64,000 nucleotides of DNA from Massalongia carnosa (lineage: Eukaryota): the NCBI GenBank assembly GCA_965645245.1, contig OZ287075.1:868001-932000 (forward strand), given 5' to 3'. The notes under the pieces are model-generated. The model saw only the letters and a program-made list of their open reading frames with translations. It did not search any database and was not told where the DNA came from. Of the stretch, positions 1 through 13,034 are shown piece by piece. The translations under genes were made by a program, and so were the position numbers. The stretch's first letter is position 1; each line of letters begins with the position of its first letter.

Positions 1-257
1 GTCCTAATTTATGTAGACATAAATCTTGAGAGTTGAAGTTCGACGACGAGGTTTTTCGGATGGTAATGGAAGGGGTTGGGGGATGTAATTACTCTCGGGT
101 GATGATCAGACTGTTTTCGAGTGACGAGGCTATTCAGATTTATATAATTCATTATTATTTTCGCTGTCATTGATGATGACGATAAGGGTATTTAGATATT
201 CTGGTGTTTAAAGTATTGGTGGGTGACGAACTAGTGGTGGGTTACGTTATCTTAAAC
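1..257. repeat. AT-rich transposon relic, same family as ~55690-55772
   Basis: TGGTGTTTAAAGTATTGGTGGGTGACGAACTAGTGGTGGGTTACGTTA (~202-249) recurs with mostly transition differences at ~55707-55755; no intact ORF. Confidence 0.45.
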
Positions 258-384
258 AACGTTCGTCATGATCGAAACGGTAGAGAGAAATCCTCGGCCG
301 TTTTGGGATATAAACACAGAGTTTAATCTACAGTCATTATCGGTATCCTTCGACGTAACGATTTTTGTTCCTGTAAATCTACCA

Positions 385-1385
385 CGAAACCGTCGGGCCG
401 CCTCGATTCCAGTATTGGAAACCGAAACGCACGTGACGTCTATAGAATCGCATTTGGAAGAATTACAAGTCAAAACGAGATATCGCCAACGAACCGCCGG
501 GCAAACGAGACTCATCTCGTCTTTCTGCAAGGAGATAGAACGCAAGTTGCGCGGAAAAGCGGGGCAAAACAAGCTCGCCGAAACCGACCCCAGGAATGCT
601 CAAACACGAATGGGCCAAAATTACAGTGATCAGCGCCATACCCACCGTAGCCCCAACGCCGCACCCACCCTAGATCACGCCTACGGAGCAACCTATCCTT
701 ATAGCCAATGCAGTAAGGATGAGTCGCAGCGCTCACACGAAAGCCACAAAAGCGCATTATGAAACGAAATAGCAGACAACCTGGAAAGCATATCAAGATC
801 GCGTACCCTTTCCTACCGAAGCACAGCGCGCTTCCTTAACCAAAGGAAGAATCAAAATACACGACAATCTGGCAAAAGCGGAAAGCGCGTTAGCTACCCA
901 AATTCGCACGGAAAAAATAGGTCTGGCAAGTTTTCTATTTAAACGACGAGTTCCCAACGTGACGACGGCGGCCTGCAGCTGTGGTTGGCCCCAGTAAACG
1001 GCCAAAAACGTAATCCTGCACTGCCCATTCATGACGGGAAGACAAGAGCTGTTTCGGCGTATTAATACCAACGAGTATCGTACGATACTCGAAACATCCA
1101 AAACATTGAAACAGGTAACGAGATGGATTATCGAAGCTGGCGTTTTGGCGCAATTTTCTTTATCGGCAAGCTTGCTATACAAGCAATAATTTTCTTTTCA
1201 TTCAAGGGACTCAGCGAAAAAGCACACGAGCAGCACAGCTGTAGGTTGTTGGGACGTCGTACGCGCAGCGTTGGCAATGGGTTTTTATTCCTCTTAAAGG
1301 TTTTCCTTTAGTATAGTAGTCTATCCCGCATGGGCCGGCCTTCGGCCGGTGACATATCGGCGTAAGAATATATCTATCTATCTAC
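385..1385 (+). mobile_element. 5'-truncated, degenerate LINE (Tad1-like) 3' end
   Basis: Post-RT motif RAASIPVLETETHVTSIESHLEELQ; C-terminal zinc finger CSCGWPQ*TAKNVILHCP (~974-1027); 3' GC hairpin (1335-1349) and (TATC)n tail. Confidence 0.75.
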
Positions 1386-1452
1386 CATGAAACCGGTAAA
1401 GGAGGATAAACTAGGTGGTGTGCGTCTATGAATAAATCGTACTGATACTGGG

Positions 1453-2433
1453 TGTCACGGACAAGGTCCAGATAGGGAGATATGCAAGAGTTACTATTAG
1501 AAAGGTAGGTCTAGGGATAGTATACAAGACGTCCGTGTCATGAAATGCCTCCGACCTCACCACGTGCCTCTATCACGTGCCTTGATCTGATGACTACTCA
1601 CGGACGTCGTGCCATGCCTTCGGGACCCTCATATCATTCTTCGAATTCACCGATTACTGATCATTAATCAGCCTCGCATTGATGATTTATTCCCGTCTTT
1701 CGACTATTATCATGTCTAATAGCTTCGCATTGATGTTTGACATCTCCCGTCTCCTCGCTGACCCCATCGTGCTTATTGCCGCTATAATGCCCCTCATTCA
1801 TCATCGCACTGACTAGACATCATTCGCCGCCACCCTAGAAAGATGAATATGGGAGGACAAAGATATAAGAAAGAAGTCGAATCATTGAAGTTCTGATTCT
1901 TTGTCGAACGTCTTGAATAGCCAACCTAGCCTAGCCTAGATTCATAGCTATAGACTCAATCAATAAGCTTGACCATCAACCCACCTTGCCTTTGCCCTTG
2001 CCCTCGACCTGATTTCGTGACAGTCCGACGAAGAGCTCTAAACACCTGAGAAACCACATAGGTTTTATAGCCACGGCTTCCAACTCCCCTATTCTTGACT
2101 TGCCCTCATCTCTGTTCCTGTTCTAATTTCCTAACCATGATCGCTTTGACCTGTTCCGCCTTTCTCCATGTCGAAGCAATCTCTCTCTGCTGGGCAATCC
2201 TAGTCGTAGGCTTGGATAGTGGAGACGTTGAGATTAGATTCGGGATATAGGAGTTTTGGAGTGCACTGAAGGCAGCGGAAGAACATCTGTACACATGGGG
2301 TGAGGTTTCAGGATAGTTCGGAATAACGGGCCACGGTTCTATTCAATATGCAGGGCAGGTTTCACGGCAAGAGAGCCTGTTAAATACCAACCCGATCAGG
2401 AAACGTGGGAGGGTGCGAGGTAATTCCATGACA
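1453..2433. mobile_element. Solo LTR (~490 bp net) inserted in an LTR
   Basis: TGTCACGG...CCATGACA termini; 5-bp TSD CTGGG (1448-1452 / 2434-2438). Confidence 0.8.
1536..2022. mobile_element. Solo LTR (487 bp) nested in the previous solo LTR
   Basis: TGTCATGAAA...TTTCGTGACA termini; TSD GTCCG (1531-1535 / 2023-2027). Confidence 0.85.
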
Positions 2434-3007
2434 CTGGGCCATCATATGAAAAGAAATGAAAGATCAGGTCATCGTCGTCGTCATGTTGCTACGTACGCAC
2501 GGACTAGCTGACTAGATAAAGAGATGAAGAGATAAACTGAACAGATAAATTAGGCGAGCGGGACTATATCTGACAGCTGTCCTAGCCTGACATAAGGGTT
2601 AGAAATATCCGATTAGGCTTAGTGCCAGCTGAGATCGAAAGAGGGATCACGGGAGCACGCGAGGCTAGCCTGGGTTAGCGCGACACTCGGTGGAGATATT
2701 TCTAGCGAGTCGCGCACGATAATTCTTTTCTTCTTTGTAGATAAATTTTGGTTTAATAGTGGTTGATTAGAATTGACGACAGCTTCCTTACACAATTTAT
2801 CTACCATCTTATCACAACCCTCTTGGGGTAGACACCCGTTCCAGAAAATTTTCAGATAGGGTGAAAGCCTGTTTCAGCATCTTCCAGATCAATCAATCGT
2901 GCGGATCCGATTGATAATTTCCAGAAAACTTCAAGTTGGGTAAAGACCCGTTCTAGTAGATTCAAGATCGTGTGTATCCGAACCGATCTCCATTCCAGAA
3001 CGCCGCC

Positions 3008-4621
3008 ATGAGTTCGAAAACCACCATGACGGCCAGAAAAGCCCGAGGGGACAACAATATCGGCCCAGCTTTTATCACCCGCGCACGTTCCTTATCCCGC
3101 CACTCAGCCCGATCAAGCAATAGCATGCCAGGAGCGTTCGAGGACCCCGAACTCTCTTCAGACGAACGAACAATGCTGACGATTGAAGGGGCACCGAATG
3201 ATAACCCTAGGACGGAATTGGGCAAGGATAGGGAGTTGTCTCGCGAGATAAACATCTTGGTGCATCCATATTATGAGAAAGAGGCAATGGGACAACCAAC
3301 GAGATATATAGTCCGCAAATTCGAAGAATTTCGAGATGTGATCTCGGATGACAGAGAGGGTCCTCGTTGGTACGAGTTCATTTCCAAGGCAATCGAATAT
3401 GATAAAACGCTTTATGAGAAGTGTCTCTCTCTTCGAGATGCCGACGAGAAACTCATCACAGAAAAGAGAATAAACAGGCGATACACGCAACAAGCGGAGT
3501 GTTTTGTGACCGAAATAGAAGAAAGGGAACATCAACTTCTTCTAGCTCAAGAGGAACTATCGCATAAGGAGATAGAGTTGGAACAGGCTCTGTCAGCCAA
3601 AGATAGATTGCAAGAAGAGAAGGAAACGCTCGTTCGCAGAGCCGCGGAGAATAATCCCCGCTATCAACAAGAAGATACTGTTGGTACCCAAAACACTGCA
3701 TCGAATCCCCAGAACTGGCGTCCCCGGGGGATCAAACCTAGTAAGCCCCTGAGAGGCGAGGACCCTGAAGAATATAGCCCATGGGCTTATTCTATTCGAA
3801 ACAAATTGAAAACTGACTCACTATTGTATGCCGATGAGAGCGAGAAGGTTGTATATGCGTTGTCACAGATGGAGGCTCCGATCTTTGGAGCCATGCATTC
3901 TTGGGTAGCCGACACGGGGGATTCCCTCACTATCGACGCCTTGTTCGAGGAAATCGAACATTACATGGGGATTCATCTGCAAGGCCGAGATGCCAAGAAG
4001 GAACTGATCGCCATTATCATGAAAGGAGGCGAGAGCGTGAGCGAGTACTATCACCGTATTTTCAAGCTCTGGCAAAAGGCGAAGACTCCTGTCGACGAGA
4101 GAATCGAGAAATTCCTCGTGATATTGATAACGAGCATCTCCAGCTCGTTGATGGGTTCGGTCTTCACGAAATTCCGTCCCCTATTGGACGAGGCTCGGAG
4201 AATCGAGGATCGCCGAAAGGATATCGCCCAACACTTCCCCCGCCCCGAGAAACAACTCCCGTCAAAGAACGCCGGCAAAGGGAGTAACTTCTTGGGAGGA
4301 CAATCAACTAAGGGAAATTCTTCATACTCCCCCTCTCATCAAATCAAGAAAACCGATGATCGCCCGAGCACCGAACTCGCCCCGACGATCGTGAAACCAA
4401 CAGGTTGGACAGGTGCTTGGTACGATCCAGACCCGAATCCAAAGAAACTGGAGAACGACGATCGGGAAACCCTTTCCGCTCAGGGTAGATGCTGGGCTTG
4501 CAGGGGATCGGGACATCGGTGAAGCGATTCAATATGTCCTCAGCACAAAAAGAGGAAACTCAACGCCATGAAAACAATAGAAACCGATTCCGGTTCTGAA
4601 TCGGACTCGGGGAAAGCTTAG
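3008..4621 (+). pseudogene. gag: gag of the chromovirus
   Basis: Long ORF with retrotransposon gag-like region; zinc knuckle CWACRGSGHR*SDSIC broken by a TGA at 4520-4522; reading frame otherwise runs to TAG at 4619-4621. Confidence 0.8.
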
Positions 4622-7600
4622 TCCTTGATCAAAATCGCGATCAAGGACTCTCAGAGGGGGATGTTGTTAATGAGAACGGTGAAGCTGAAATAAAGAGTGT
4701 TAGGGTCTCTACTTGTGCTGTCCGCGATACTGAAAAGAAAATCGAGGGCAAGCATTTAGTATTTAAAACTAGCATAGCTGGGATTAAAACCCGTTTACTA
4801 GTCGATAATGGAAGTGAAGCCGAACTCATTGACGAATCCTTTGCGCGTATTCATAAATTAAACACCTTCAAACTTGACAAGAAGGTGAAACTTACTCTTG
4901 CTAACGGTGAAGTAGTCCAACTTCTCACCAAAGCTGCTCTGATCGAGATAAAGATCGGAGATCATGGAGAACAAGTCCGGTGCTATTTAGCAAAACTTGA
5001 TACGTACTCAGTTATTTTGGGGGATGGGTGGCTACAAACCCACAACCCGAGCATTAACTGGAAAGAGCGAACTATTAAGTTCAACTATTAAGATTGTTTA
5101 GAAAAAGGATGTCTCACACGGGGGATAACTTGCACCGAGTTTGCCATAGGTAGCAAGGTCAAAGACAGGATTGTGCCAAAGGGGGACATAGAATTTCTCC
5201 CAGTTAACGCGAAGCACTTCTTTCGCATGGCTAAAAAGAAGGATCATGACGAATATCTGTGGATTCCTCAAGAGAAGACAAAAGCCTGTTGTGCGACAAC
5301 CACAGAGGCTGTAACATCAGAAGATTACGACAAGTTCATGAAAGGCAAACCGGAATACACTTGCGAGGAGTTGTTGAAGAGAGTCCCAGCAGTCTATCAC
5401 AGCGTATTAGATGTTTTCATGAAGCACAAAGCGGATGAACTACCTGAACATCGAAAGGAGGATCATTCGATAATTCTCGAAACAGGAAAAGATGCTCCAT
5501 ACGTAAGGAACTATAAACCCATGTCAGAACAAGAACTGGAAGCGGTTAAAAAATACATCGATGAGCATCTGGGAAAAGGCTTCATCCGTCCTAGTTCTTC
5601 AAGCGCAGCAGCCCCCGTCCTTCTAGTTAGGAAACCAGGGGTGGTTTAAGATTCTGCGTAGATTATAGAGCCTTGAACTCCATCACGATCAAGAACAGAT
5701 ATCCAATACCGTTGAAAAATGAGACATTAGGGAAACTCTCACAAGCCAAGAAGTTCACAAAGCTAGATGTGATTACTGCGTTCAATCGTATGAGAATGAA
5801 GGAAGGCCATGAGTGGCTCACAGCTTTCAATACTAGATATGGCCAGTTCGAATATTTGGTAATGCCGTTCGGTCTTTGCAACGCTCCAGGAACCTTTCAA
5901 AGCTTCATAAACGATACAGTCAAAGAATACCTAGACGTTTTCTGCACGGCGTAATTTGGACGACGACTTAATTTACAGCGAAAACGAAGAGCATTCCGAA
6001 CAAGTGCTAAAGTTCTAACTCGATTAAAGGAGAAAAGACTGCAAGTGGACATAGACAAATGCGAATTCTCCATGACAGAAGTGAAATATCTTGGGTTGAT
6101 AGTTACCACCGATGGAATAAAGATGGACTCGGAGAAAATCGAGGCGATTCTAAAATGGGAGACCCCAGGCTCCGTTAAAGATGTGCAAGCATTCTTAGGC
6201 TTTGCAAATTTCTACCGACGATTTATATCAAGGTTCTCGCAACGAACGAGATCGTTAACAGAGTTAACAAAGAGCGAGCAAATAACGACGAAGTCAGGAA
6301 AGAAACGAACCAGATACAATTCATTCGTTTGGTCTGAAGACTGTAAAATAGCCTTCGGAGATTTAAAGAATGCGTTCACCACCGCTCCCGTCTTAGCACA
6401 TTACGATCCGGCCTTGGAAACATGGGTCGAGACTGACTCTTCAGATTTTGTTAGCGCCGGGGTACTCTCTCAAATGCACGACGGAATACTGAAACCGGTA
6501 GCTTATTTCTCCAAGAAGATGACTCCTGCCGAGTGTAATTATATGATTTATGATAAGGAACTCCTCGCCATTGTGAAGAGCTTCGAAGTCTGGCGTCCCG
6601 AGGTCGCAAGTGCTGCTCCTGATAAACCTATTAAAGTATACACCGATCACAAGAATCTAGAGCACTTCATGACCACGAAACAGCTGAACAGAAGGCAAGC
6701 CAGATGGGCCGAATTTCTTTCCGAATTCAACTTCAAGATAATGTATCGACCGGGAAAGCAAGGAGAGAAACCGGACACGTTGACCCGACGCTCTCAAGAC
6801 CTCCCGAAGGGATTCGAGGATATAAGAAAGCAACATCAATTCCAAACGCTGCTGCAAGAGCATCAACTAGATGACGATATACGAAAAGCACTAGCAGTCG
6901 TGTTCTGCTCGAACATAGCAGACGCCGACGACGACGACGACGATAACGATCAAGGTAAGCAAAGCAATGCCACCGAAGAAGGCGCAACAGAATCAGGAGA
7001 ACCCAACGCAGAACATACACCAGCGACTGATGAAACCGAGAATTCAGTAACGAAGACTTTGGAGGAACTAATTGAAGAAGCTTACGAAAGAGACGAAACG
7101 GTCCAAGACATAATAGCAGCAAAAAAAAAGGAACTGAGAAAGCTCCCATTGAACCTCATAAAAAGAGGGATAAAGCTAGCAATGGGGGACCTCAAAATAG
7201 AGAACGACAAGCTGTATGTCAAAGAAAGACTATACGTACCAGATTAGGAGCCATTGCAATTACATTTATTGCAAAAGCATCACGAACCACCATTACAGGG
7301 CCACCCAGGATACAAAAGTATGTATCAAACAATGAGAGAGAATTATTTCTGGTTCGAGATGAAGGAGCACTGCAAGAGATACGCAGTTAACTGCTCTGTA
7401 TGCCGAAGATCAAAAGCATACAGCGACAAGAAGCAAGGCCTGTTGAATCCTCTTCCCATCCCAAATAGAAAATGGATGGACGTATCATTGGACTTCGTTG
7501 AATTCCTCCCAGAATGCCAAAGACGAAATAGAGTCTATCAGCACATATTAGTGATAGTAGATCGTTTAACGAAAAGACGATTATACGAACCACTAATCTC

Positions 7601-8630
7601 TCTCTCTACGGACGAACTGATGGACGCAATGTCCAGGAGATTATTCTCCTCTTACGGATTCCCTATATCAACAGTCAACGACCGCGGTAGCCAACTAAGC
7701 GCTCACCTGAAAAGAGTTTGCGAAAGATACGGGGTGAAAATAAAGTTCTCTTCTGCACATCATCCCGAGACGGACGGTCAAACCGAAAACGCCACTAAGG
7801 CAATGAAAAATTACCTTCGAGCATACGTCAGTTATACACAAGACAACTGGGTGGACTATCTCTCAGACGCCGAGTTTGCCGCCAACAACCATGTAAACGT
7901 ATCCACGGGAATGACCCCATTCTTTGCAGATCATAGCTATCACCCACGCTGTGGCATCGAACCACCAGGCACATACGAAGGGAAAGGAAAAGCAGAGATA
8001 CTGCACGCTGACAGGATCATAGAAAGGCAAGAAGCCATGCGGACCTGGCTTCGAGATCAGTTAGCCTGGGATCAGGAAGAACAAACACGGCACGCAAACA
8101 AAGGCCGTCAACCCCATCCCGAATACAAGATCGGAGACGTGGTTTATGTAAACGCCAAGCACTTTGTTTCCGAAAGACCCAGTAGATCATTAAGTTTCAA
8201 GAACGCAGGGCCATGGAAGATCATAAGGATCATCGACAATAAAGCATACGAATTAGAAATTCCGGATCAGCTAAAGAACGTCGGTCTTACCCCCATCTTC
8301 CATCCATGGAAGCTACACCTCGCACCTTCCAATCCATTCCCAGGACAAGTCTTACCGCCTGAACCGCCCATAGCCATAACAGAAAACGATGAGGAGGAGG
8401 CCCACGAAGAATGGGAAGTCCTCGAAATAGTAGACTGCCGCGAAACGAGGAAATTCGGGGTGCAGTACAAAGCAACCTTCATTGGCAACTGGGACGAATG
8501 GAATGCGAATCCTTACTGGCAACCATGGACCGACTTCAAGAACTCAAAGGATAAAATCCTTCAATACCACCGAGAACACCCACAGAAGCCCAATCCACTA
8601 GATGATCTATTAAAGATAGATGATAATTAA
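4610..8630 (+). pseudogene. pol: pol (protease, RT, RNase H, integrase, chromodomain) with stops and frameshifts
   Basis: LLVDNGSEA protease; [44 protein letters not shown] and YDKELLAIV RNase H; HHCC and SAHHPETDGQTE integrase; EWEVLEIVD chromodomain; breaks near 5091, 5649, 5954 and 7247. Confidence 0.9.
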
Positions 8631-11127
8631 GAAACCGGCAGGGCGCCTGCCACTTAGCGCTACGGAGACCTCGCCAATAGAAGGGGGGGGTAGTGTCAGG
8701 GGTCCTAGCCTGACATAGGGGTTAGAAATATCCGATTAGGCTTAGCGCCCGCTAAGATCGAAAGAGGGATCACGGGAGCACGCGAAGCTAGCCTAGGTTA
8801 GCGCGACACTAGGTGGAGATATTTCTAGCGAGTCCCGCACGATAATTCTTTTCTTCTTTGTAGATAAATTTTGGTTTAATAGCGGTTGATTAGAATTGAC
8901 GACAGCTCCCTTACAGCTCAGGGGGTGATCATGTGACTGCCGGCAGTGGTGCTCGGTAGCACTGACCCTCGCGTACAGTCATCACACCTGTCATCTGGCC
9001 ATCTGGTGGAGATCCACTCCACCCCTCCACATAGCTCCCCTCAGTACATAGGTGTCGTCCCCTGACACCTATTCTTGTCCTTCAGGCCGTTCATTTAGCA
9101 AGCCTCCTGGTCAGTCCATCTGTCATCCTATTAATCAACAGCGACCGTGCTCGCTGTAGCCCACCAACGACGTTCAAACTGACCAATCAAAAGGCCTCCC
9201 ATGAACCAGAAACGCCAGGTAAAGAACGAACAGCGTCCCGAAAGGACTTTAGAAACAGCAGACCCAAGGTAAACAAAACAAACAAAACGACAAACAAAAA
9301 ACTCCCTTCCGGATCCTCGTAATTCCACTTCATTTAACAGGCCAAGTCTGTTAAATCGTTGTCAGCTAGGCTCGATCCGTGCTAGCTCTGATCGCAGTAG
9401 CGACGATGAATGTTGACTACGTCGCATGCGGTAGCGGCGGTAGCGGCGGACGCAAATGAGGCGGAGAGGGCGGTAAGGAAGCGAAAACGAATATATAATG
9501 TCGGCTGTCGGTGGGGCGGTGACAGCAGAAGTGATGGATGATCGATGCAATCACGATAACGTTTTGACTCTTTCGACTGCCAAGCAACAGGTCGAATAAT
9601 CGAAGGTGTGTTGTTCGGTGCTTATGGCCCACGAGGCAATTCCGAAAATGTCACACTGGACGTCAATCGGTGGTCCAGCCGTCAGTCTGATCGATAGGGG
9701 TTGTGCAGAAATGGCTGTCTGCTCAGCGGTGGTGACTAGGGCTAGCCCTAATACGAAATGATATAAATGTCCCTGGCGCGGTATCGGTGGTCGGTGGTCG
9801 GAGGTCGGATGATGATGCGGTCATACTCGGGTTGCTTCGAGCCCTTTTCATAGCAAATGTCTAGCAAACGGTGCTTATCGGCCTCCTGCAATCTCATGAA
9901 GCTGCACATGACGATCCAAAAGGTATTACGAATGGCCCTCGTGTCCACTGCTTCCTGCATTCATGAATCAAAGAGTCTGACGTGTAACTCTCGTCCACTG
10001 CTCAATGCGTTCTATGAATCAGATAGTCTAACGTGTAACACGTGCATGACATCGACAAAACAGATGGTCTAGCCTGACCCGGTATAACGCGGTGTGATGC
10101 TGAGAGAACTATCCTGCTTTCCTAACTGTCTCCTGCCTGTCCTGTGTATTTGTGCTCTTTCTGCTGTCGGTGTACGGCCCCTGTCCCTGTCGCATGCCTC
10201 TCGCTGTCGCTCTAGCTGTCGCATGCCTGTCCTGTCGGTGTCCTGTATGGCCTCCAACCAGCAGTCGCAGTCCTTTGTCGCAGTACTCGTGCTAAGTCCT
10301 CGCAGTCCTCGTGTCCTCGTGTCAGCAGTAGTGTGTATGTAAGTAGTCCTAGTCGGTGGTGAGGTAGGTAGACTCGGTGCTCTGTGATAGTAATTATGCC
10401 CAGGTGAATGAACGGTCGGTCAGGTGGTCAGCACGCCCTGCCTTCGCTCAGAAAGTCCAGCTCAGAAGTGTAAAAACATAGAGAATGTCGGATAAAAGAA
10501 GCCCAGCTCGGGTCAAACAGTCCAGTAAATAATTGACAGTTGGTCTGCATACGATGACCCAGCAACAGTCCCGGAAAGAAACATCGCACCGTGGTCGCCA
10601 AATGAAGGAGGATAAACTGGGTGGTGTGCGTCTATGAATCAATCGTACTGTCACTGGGCCATCATATGAAAAAGAAATGAATGATCAGGTCATCGTCGTC
10701 GTCAAGTTGCTACATGTGCACTGACTAGCTGACTAGATGAAGAGATGAAGAGATAAACTGAACAGAAGAAGTGGGCGAGCGGGACTATATCTGACGGCTC
10801 AGGGGGCGATCATGTAACTGCCGGCAGTGGTGCTCGGTAGCACTGACCCTCGCGTACAGTCATCACATCTGGCCATCTGGTGGAGATCCACTCCACCCTC
10901 CACAACGCGAGAAATAACCAGCATAAATCAAGTAATTTCGGACAAAAAAACAGATGATGCACGGGGAAGCGTTGACTCTTTTTTTAACGCTACGACGACA
11001 CTCTATGTACGACATTATAGACGAGTTATGTTGACATTTGAGTTAATATCACGAAGTAGTTATGACTCCTCCTTTACGTGCCCGAATCGGATAACTGTAG
11101 AATGCTAAAGGGTTTACTTAGACACGA

Positions 11128-11370
11128 ACGCGAGTGACAAAATTAAATTTACACCGAAACTTTTTCCTTATCAAAATCACCGGATTTTCTATCATAAACC
11201 GTAGCGTTTTTTTAGTTAATTTCATGGTTTTTTGAACTTCAATAATTAAATCAATAATCTGCCATTTCTGCCTTTATCATCAATCATTGCTTGCAAACTT
11301 TTAGGCATTAAATCACGATGATTTTGGTGGGGGGGAATTTTTGGTGTATATTTAATTTTGTCACCTGCGT
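11128..11370. mobile_element. MITE with ~30-bp terminal inverted repeats
   Basis: ACGCGAGTGACAAAATTAAATTTACACC versus inverted GGTGTATATTTAATTTTGTCACCTGCGT; AT-rich non-coding interior. Confidence 0.6.
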
Positions 11371-11878
11371 GACACGTTAAAGTAAATGTACTTGTAGACT
11401 CGGAAACTAGATTATAAATTAATAGGTACACGTCATGCTCAGAACTAGTGTTCTATCTAGAGGCCATAGCGAGCCCGTAGGTGGTCTATCAACGAAGCTG
11501 CTCGGACTGTTTTTATCCACAAGATAGTTGTTGCGCTGAGATAATCCTGACACAAAGAATCTCCACATTAAATAGTACCTAACAGCGACACGCCTGAGTG
11601 TAGGGGTTTGTGGTTTTGGGTCAATGCCCTACAACACATCTAGAATACAGGATGGGCATGATGACTATGATGCCGGAAACAACAATGCGATGCGTTGGTC
11701 GAAAGCTGTTGGATGACCTTGATTAAAGTCTCCCGAAGATTGAAGCCCCCTCTATCGAGGAGGCAACATATTCTTGATGATCGAAAACGAACACTAGCTT
11801 TCGTGAGCATGCCCCGACTTAAGGGACCCAAAAAAGTATGGGTTTCACCAAATTTCTTAGGAAACGGCTGCAACCTCC

Positions 11879-13034
11879 TTAAGCTGTGGGCAACGCCTTC
11901 ATGCCCTTCCCTTCCTGAAGCCACTTTGGGTTGATGAACCTCTCTCTATCCGGATAGATGAGTTTGTACGCGTGGCGGATGGTTCCATCGCTTACCCCCG
12001 CGACGAGAGATATTTCTTTTGCGGACTTTCCCTGATCCATCAGATGAGACGCCATATAGATACACGCGCCTGCGATCGAAAGGGGAGAACGACCAGCCAA
12101 TGAGCCAATTCCATCCATTCTGCCAGCAAGCTCCTGAGACATCATGGTGCACTTATTGGACAGACCAAGTTGGCTGCAGAAACGAATGCACAGTTCCTTG
12201 GCCGTGGTGTTGCTAGTAGTTTTGTAGTTATCATCTGGGTTAACAACCCCTTTTCATCATTTATGTTAGCATAATTGAAAAAGGGGCGATATTTGCGTAC
12301 TGAAACTTACCGCCAGCCTGCACTACATTATCCATTTTCTCCTTATTCTGAGCAGCGAAAAATTTCTCCAGCGCTTTGAATATTCTTCCAATCTCCGCCT
12401 TCGACACCTTTGTCAAGGCAAAAATCTCACGGAATGTACGAGGAACTTTGCATTGACGGCAGGCTATGAAGATGCAGCCAGCAATGATTGTGTCTTGAGA
12501 TTTACCCCTGAAAGCCCCAGCATCGCTGACCATTTTAAACAAATGCTTAGCCGTGTCTGAAACATTTTTTGGAATACTCATTGCATCGCAGAGAGCACCG
12601 ATCTCTTTGTAGGCAGCCAACAATCCTTTGGTGGATTTGTCATGAGTTGATTTATTTTGAGCCCTATGAAGGTCCCGACTTCGAGCAGATGAACCATCAC
12701 CAAATGATATTGTAGTTTGCAGCTGAGATCCGTTTAATAGGGGATTCGCACCGTCTCCAACCCGAGAGGGATCGTCGTTTCCCTGGTCGTCGTTTGAGAA
12801 AGTTCGCCACTCGGAACGAGTATCAACAATTCTATCTCCAAGCACAAGTCCGCAAGACCCACAGACCATATCGCCTGACGAGAACTCTTCGACCAGGTTG
12901 GGAGGGAATTCTTTACAGTCGCGACAGACCATTTGCATGTTGAGATTCTCCTTCCACAACTCCTGAGGTTTAGCTGCAGGTGTCGCCTCCAGCGTAGTCC
13001 CAAGAGACGGCGCTATACTGGAAATGGTGGCCAT
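11879..13034 (-). CDS. SUA7: Transcription initiation factor TFIIB; 2 exons (13034-12311, 12249-11879)
   Basis: Zn ribbon CRDC...CGSCG, B-reader SEWRTFSND, cyclin-fold repeats and GRSPLSIAGACIY; GTAAGT...GCTAAC...AAG intron restores the frame. Confidence 0.95.

Larger units (their letters stand above)
2579..8915 (+). mobile_element. Chromoviral Ty3/Gypsy LTR retrotransposon (Tf1/sushi-type), degenerate
   Basis: LTRs ~2579-2792 (about 10 bp lost at the 5' junction) and 8694-8915; PPT AGAAGGGGGGGG just before 8694; gag then PR-RT-RH-INT-chromodomain order. Confidence 0.92.
1397..10904 (-). mobile_element. Non-autonomous, non-coding LTR element (TRIM/LARD-like) related to the Gypsy family at 31-54 kb
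   Basis: 5' LTR 10603-10904; 3' LTR 1397-9031 split by insertions; PBS-like GCACCGTGGTCGCCAAA (10586-10602) identical to that of the 44922-53679 element; PPT at ~9032-9041; ~1.6-kb interior with no gag/pol ORF; flanks do not form a TSD. Confidence 0.75.
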
